Shown piece by piece: positions 61,432 through 64,000 of a stretch of DNA of 64,000 nucleotides. Source of the DNA: a virus (Duplodnaviria; Caudoviricetes); the IMG/VR virus record IMGVR_UViG_3300037312_001491, positions 1 to 64,000 of that record. One strand, 5' to 3'. The notes beneath the pieces are model-generated. The model was not told the DNA's origin and did no database searches. It saw only the letters and a program-made list of their open reading frames with translations. The first letter of the stretch is position 1; each line of letters opens with the position of its first letter. Made by a program: the position numbers and the translations under genes.

Positions 61432-62177
61432 TTGCCGCTGGCGAAACCGATCCGACCGCGGCGGAAGTCCCGTTCTTCCTGCCGCTGACGGCCGACACCT
61501 TCACGGGCCCCGGCCTGACCGGGCATACGTTCGTTCTGGGTGAGGTGCAGATCAAGCTCCCCGGCGCAGGCTGGGTGAACGCCGACCTCTCCGCCATCAA
61601 GGAGAAGGGCTACGGCCGCTACGTCGTCCAGCTCGACTCCGCGCAGACGACGACGCCTGGCGTGGTCTACATCCGCGCCAACGTCTCGGGCGCACAGCCG
61701 TACTCAGGCGTCGAGGAAATCGGCACCGCCGGCGGCGACATCATCGAGAACGACGCGACTGCGCGTATCCCGTTCTACCTGGCCAGCCGAACCAATCCGG
61801 TTAACACCCCCATCACCGGCTGGGGCTTCTCGGCTGGCGAGGTCCGCGTCTGCCTGCCAGGCGGCACGTATGCCGACGCCGTCGTTGCGAACATCGCCGA
61901 GGTCGGATTCGGTGCGTACGAGCTGATCCTCACGACAGCCCAGACCGCGCACCGCGGCAAGATCTTCATCTACGTCCTCACGGCGACAGCACAGCGCTAC
62001 GAGGCGGCTGCGACCATCCTGTCACCGGCGGTGGGCATCGGTGGCACGGTCGGCGGCGGCACCGGGACCATCCCGAGCACGGCGGTCACGAGCCCGCTCT
62101 CGACCAACGCGGCCGGCTACGTCGACCACGTCGCGGCGGCGCTCAATCGTCTGCCGATGCAGTACAGGAGCAGCTAG
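61428..62177 (+). CDS. Virion-associated protein with tandem internal duplication
   Basis: VPFFL...GEVQIKLPG...EKGYGRY..L..AQT repeated as IPFYL...GEVRVCLPG...EVGFGAY..L..AQT. Confidence 0.65.
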   Translation: MIAAGETDPTAAEVPFFLPLTADTFTGPGLTGHTFVLGEVQIKLPGAGWVNADLSAIKEKGYGRYVVQLDSAQTTTPGVVYIRANVSGAQPYSGVEEIGTAGGDIIENDATARIPFYLASRTNPVNTPITGWGFSAGEVRVCLPGGTYADAVVANIAEVGFGAYELILTTAQTAHRGKIFIYVLTATAQRYEAAATILSPAVGIGGTVGGGTGTIPSTAVTSPLSTNAAGYVDHVAAALNRLPMQYRSS

Positions 62178-62180
62178 CTC

Positions 62181-62687
62181 ATGGCACAGACCAAAGTCGA
62201 GAAGCTCGTCGCCGCGCTTGCCGCCTCGGCGCAGGACATCGAGAACTGCCTCCAGCAGCTGCTGCTCAATCGCGCCGTCTCCACGGCGACTGGCGTGCAG
62301 CTCGACCTGCTCGGCCGCGTCGTCGGCCAGCTGCGGCTCGGTCTCGTCGACGACGACTACCGCCGGTACATCCGCGCGCGCATCGCGACGAACCGGTCCG
62401 GCGGCGTCACCGAGGACCTGGTCACCGTCATGTCGCTCGTCGTGAACGACGTGACCGCGCAGTACAACGTGGAGCGCAACGGCACCGCGACGGTAGTCGC
62501 GCGCATCGACGGCATCGCGGTCACCGACTCGCTCGGAGCCATCGTGTTCTCGTTCCTCAAGTCGGCAAAGTCCGGCGGCGTCCGCCTGGTCGTTCAGTGG
62601 TCCGAGTCGGTGCCTTCGAGCACGTTCCGTCTCGACGCCGGCCCTGGCCTGGACGTAGGCCACCTCGCCAGCGAGCTGTCGACCTGA
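62181..62687 (+). CDS. Baseplate wedge protein (DUF2612-like)
   Basis: ATGVQLDLLGRVVGQ...DDDYRRYIRARIATNRSGG. Confidence 0.8.
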   Translation: MAQTKVEKLVAALAASAQDIENCLQQLLLNRAVSTATGVQLDLLGRVVGQLRLGLVDDDYRRYIRARIATNRSGGVTEDLVTVMSLVVNDVTAQYNVERNGTATVVARIDGIAVTDSLGAIVFSFLKSAKSGGVRLVVQWSESVPSSTFRLDAGPGLDVGHLASELST

Positions 62688-62739
62688 GAGTCAACCTGAG
62701 GCTGGTGCGGTCCACCCGCCGTGCTAGTCTGCAAGAAGC

Positions 62740-63243
62740 ATGCCAGCCCCGACGTCATTCAACGACTGGGATACGAACGGGACGCACACCACGCCCGTCC
62801 TGTCCGGCCATACGACCGACGGGTTCGTCAACAACGAGATCCCCGGGTCGGCCGAGCTGAATCAGTGGATGATGCTCACGGGACAGTGGACCCGTTATCT
62901 GAACAGTCTCGTGGATTTCCGGTGGTACCGCATTCCGCCGACCGCGCAGTCTGCCTCCGACCGAAACGCGGTGTCCATCGGGTTCCTTCCCGCCGGCGCG
63001 ATCGTGCGTAGCATCGGGTTGAAGATCTCGGACGCGACCCTGACCACGTCGACGATCAACCTCGCGACAGAGCTGACGGTGATTGCCTCGTTCAGTGTGA
63101 CTCCGACCGCCACCGGCACTGAGTACCTGTTCGATCTCACTTCGGACTTCACGATCGATTCCAGGGGCTTCACCCTGCTCTGGGACCCATCTGCCGGTGG
63201 TAGCCCGGTATTCAGCTGGTTCACCATCCAAGCCCACGTCTAG
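62740..63243 (+). CDS. Short tail-fibre base protein
   Basis: DGFVNNEIPGSAELNQWMMLTGQWTRYL, typical baseplate-attachment N-terminus. Confidence 0.65.
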   Translation: MPAPTSFNDWDTNGTHTTPVLSGHTTDGFVNNEIPGSAELNQWMMLTGQWTRYLNSLVDFRWYRIPPTAQSASDRNAVSIGFLPAGAIVRSIGLKISDATLTTSTINLATELTVIASFSVTPTATGTEYLFDLTSDFTIDSRGFTLLWDPSAGGSPVFSWFTIQAHV

Positions 63244-63247
63244 CGCC

Positions 63248-63421
63248 ATGGACTCCGAGAAGAAGAAGAAGCCCAGCATCAAGCAGGACCTGTCGCGCCT
63301 CAAGCGCCTGGCCCGCATCTCGGTCGCCGTGGGGACGCTGCTGGCCATCGCCTGCCACTTCTTGCCGACCCACTACCGCGCGGTGTGCAACGCCGTCGCC
63401 ACTCTCTGCACAGGGGGCTGA
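63248..63421 (+). CDS. Small membrane protein
   Basis: Basic N-terminus, one hydrophobic helix. Confidence 0.5.
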   Translation: MDSEKKKKPSIKQDLSRLKRLARISVAVGTLLAIACHFLPTHYRAVCNAVATLCTGG

Positions 63422-63422
63422 T

Positions 63423-63971
63423 ATGTCACCGACCCGCATCCTGCTCGCGCCCATCGTCGCCTTCGCCTCTGGGCTTCTGGCCTTCACCGGCGTCGCCCAC
63501 GCGGCCACCGCCGTCGAGCCGACGAACGGCACCCTCCTCGACCTCCTCAAGCCCGTCCTCGCCGCGTTCGGGCACGGCCAGAAACTCTACGCCGGATGTC
63601 TGGCGCTCGTGCTGCTCGTTGCCCTCGTGCGCCGGCAGTTCGACAAGGACGCCTGGGTCCACACCGACCTCGGCGCGGCTGCGCTGACTCTCGCCGGCTC
63701 GTTCGGAGCAACCCTGGCGGTCTCCCTGGCCGGCGGCGCCGGCGTCACCTGGACGATGGTGTGGCACGCCATTTCGATCGCGTTCGGCGCGGCGGGCGGC
63801 TACACGATGGTCAAGCATCTGCTTGTCGTCCCGTACCTGACCCACCTGGCGGACAAAGGCCCGGCGTGGCTGCACTCCCCGGCCAAGCTGGTGCTGTGGA
63901 TCTTCCAGGCGGCCGTCCCCGACGCGCCCCAGGCGACCGGGAATACCCAGGCACCGCCGAGCGCTCAATAG
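63423..63971 (+). CDS. Holin-like multi-pass membrane protein
   Basis: Four to five hydrophobic segments, located after tail genes. Confidence 0.55.
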   Translation: MSPTRILLAPIVAFASGLLAFTGVAHAATAVEPTNGTLLDLLKPVLAAFGHGQKLYAGCLALVLLVALVRRQFDKDAWVHTDLGAAALTLAGSFGATLAVSLAGGAGVTWTMVWHAISIAFGAAGGYTMVKHLLVVPYLTHLADKGPAWLHSPAKLVLWIFQAAVPDAPQATGNTQAPPSAQ

Positions 63972-64000
63972 CTGCGTACCCCAACGGGGCCGCGCGCCCG

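Noticed and set aside
1-64000. Many long alternative-frame and antisense ORFs in the track (e.g. 21-1352, 8577-10127, 31124-33199, 38060-40249, 42350-44434, 57371-59323)
   Set aside because: Shadow ORFs typical of ~70% GC DNA; Arg/Ala/Gly-rich text overlapping better-supported genes
1-64000. Stop-codon reassignment suggested by a possible CTA-anticodon tRNA
   Set aside because: TAG, TGA and TAA all terminate well-recognised genes at expected lengths (terL, rsr, rIIB, sheath end in TAG)
1-64000. Integrase, attachment sites, transposase, replication genes or endolysin
   Set aside because: No supporting motifs in this window; lifestyle cannot be determined

Overview
A 64-kb segment of a large, GC-rich, contractile-tailed (myovirus-type) phage genome. 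The host is probably a myxobacterium (inference from a myxobacterial-type SspB, Cys-rich lipoproteins and sigma54-type late promoters). Layout: (1) the 3' end of terminase large subunit (1-873); (2) a ~34.7-kb accessory region between terL and portal, with mostly leftward small genes driven by a repeated promoter carrying a palindromic box, three tRNA-Leu genes, a Ro60/Rsr-yrlB-yrlA module, a 31-member tRNA array with two HNH genes, RadC and rIIA/rIIB; (3) a DUF1073-portal/MuF/DUF2213/DUF2184 head module whose proteins carry fused cargo (ADP-ribosyltransferase, pyrophosphatase-like domain); (4) sheath, tube, tape measure, baseplate, fibre and holin-like genes. Main finding: both tRNA loci sit behind apparently leaderless short ORFs whose codons match the downstream tRNAs. 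The main array has a 42-aa leader containing all 20 amino acids plus mutually exclusive antiterminator/terminator hairpins. The Leu cluster has a 21-aa leader using four different Leu codons. This suggests a codon-sensing switch that turns on phage tRNA supply when host tRNAs fail. All domain names come from motif recognition by eye; no database search was run.
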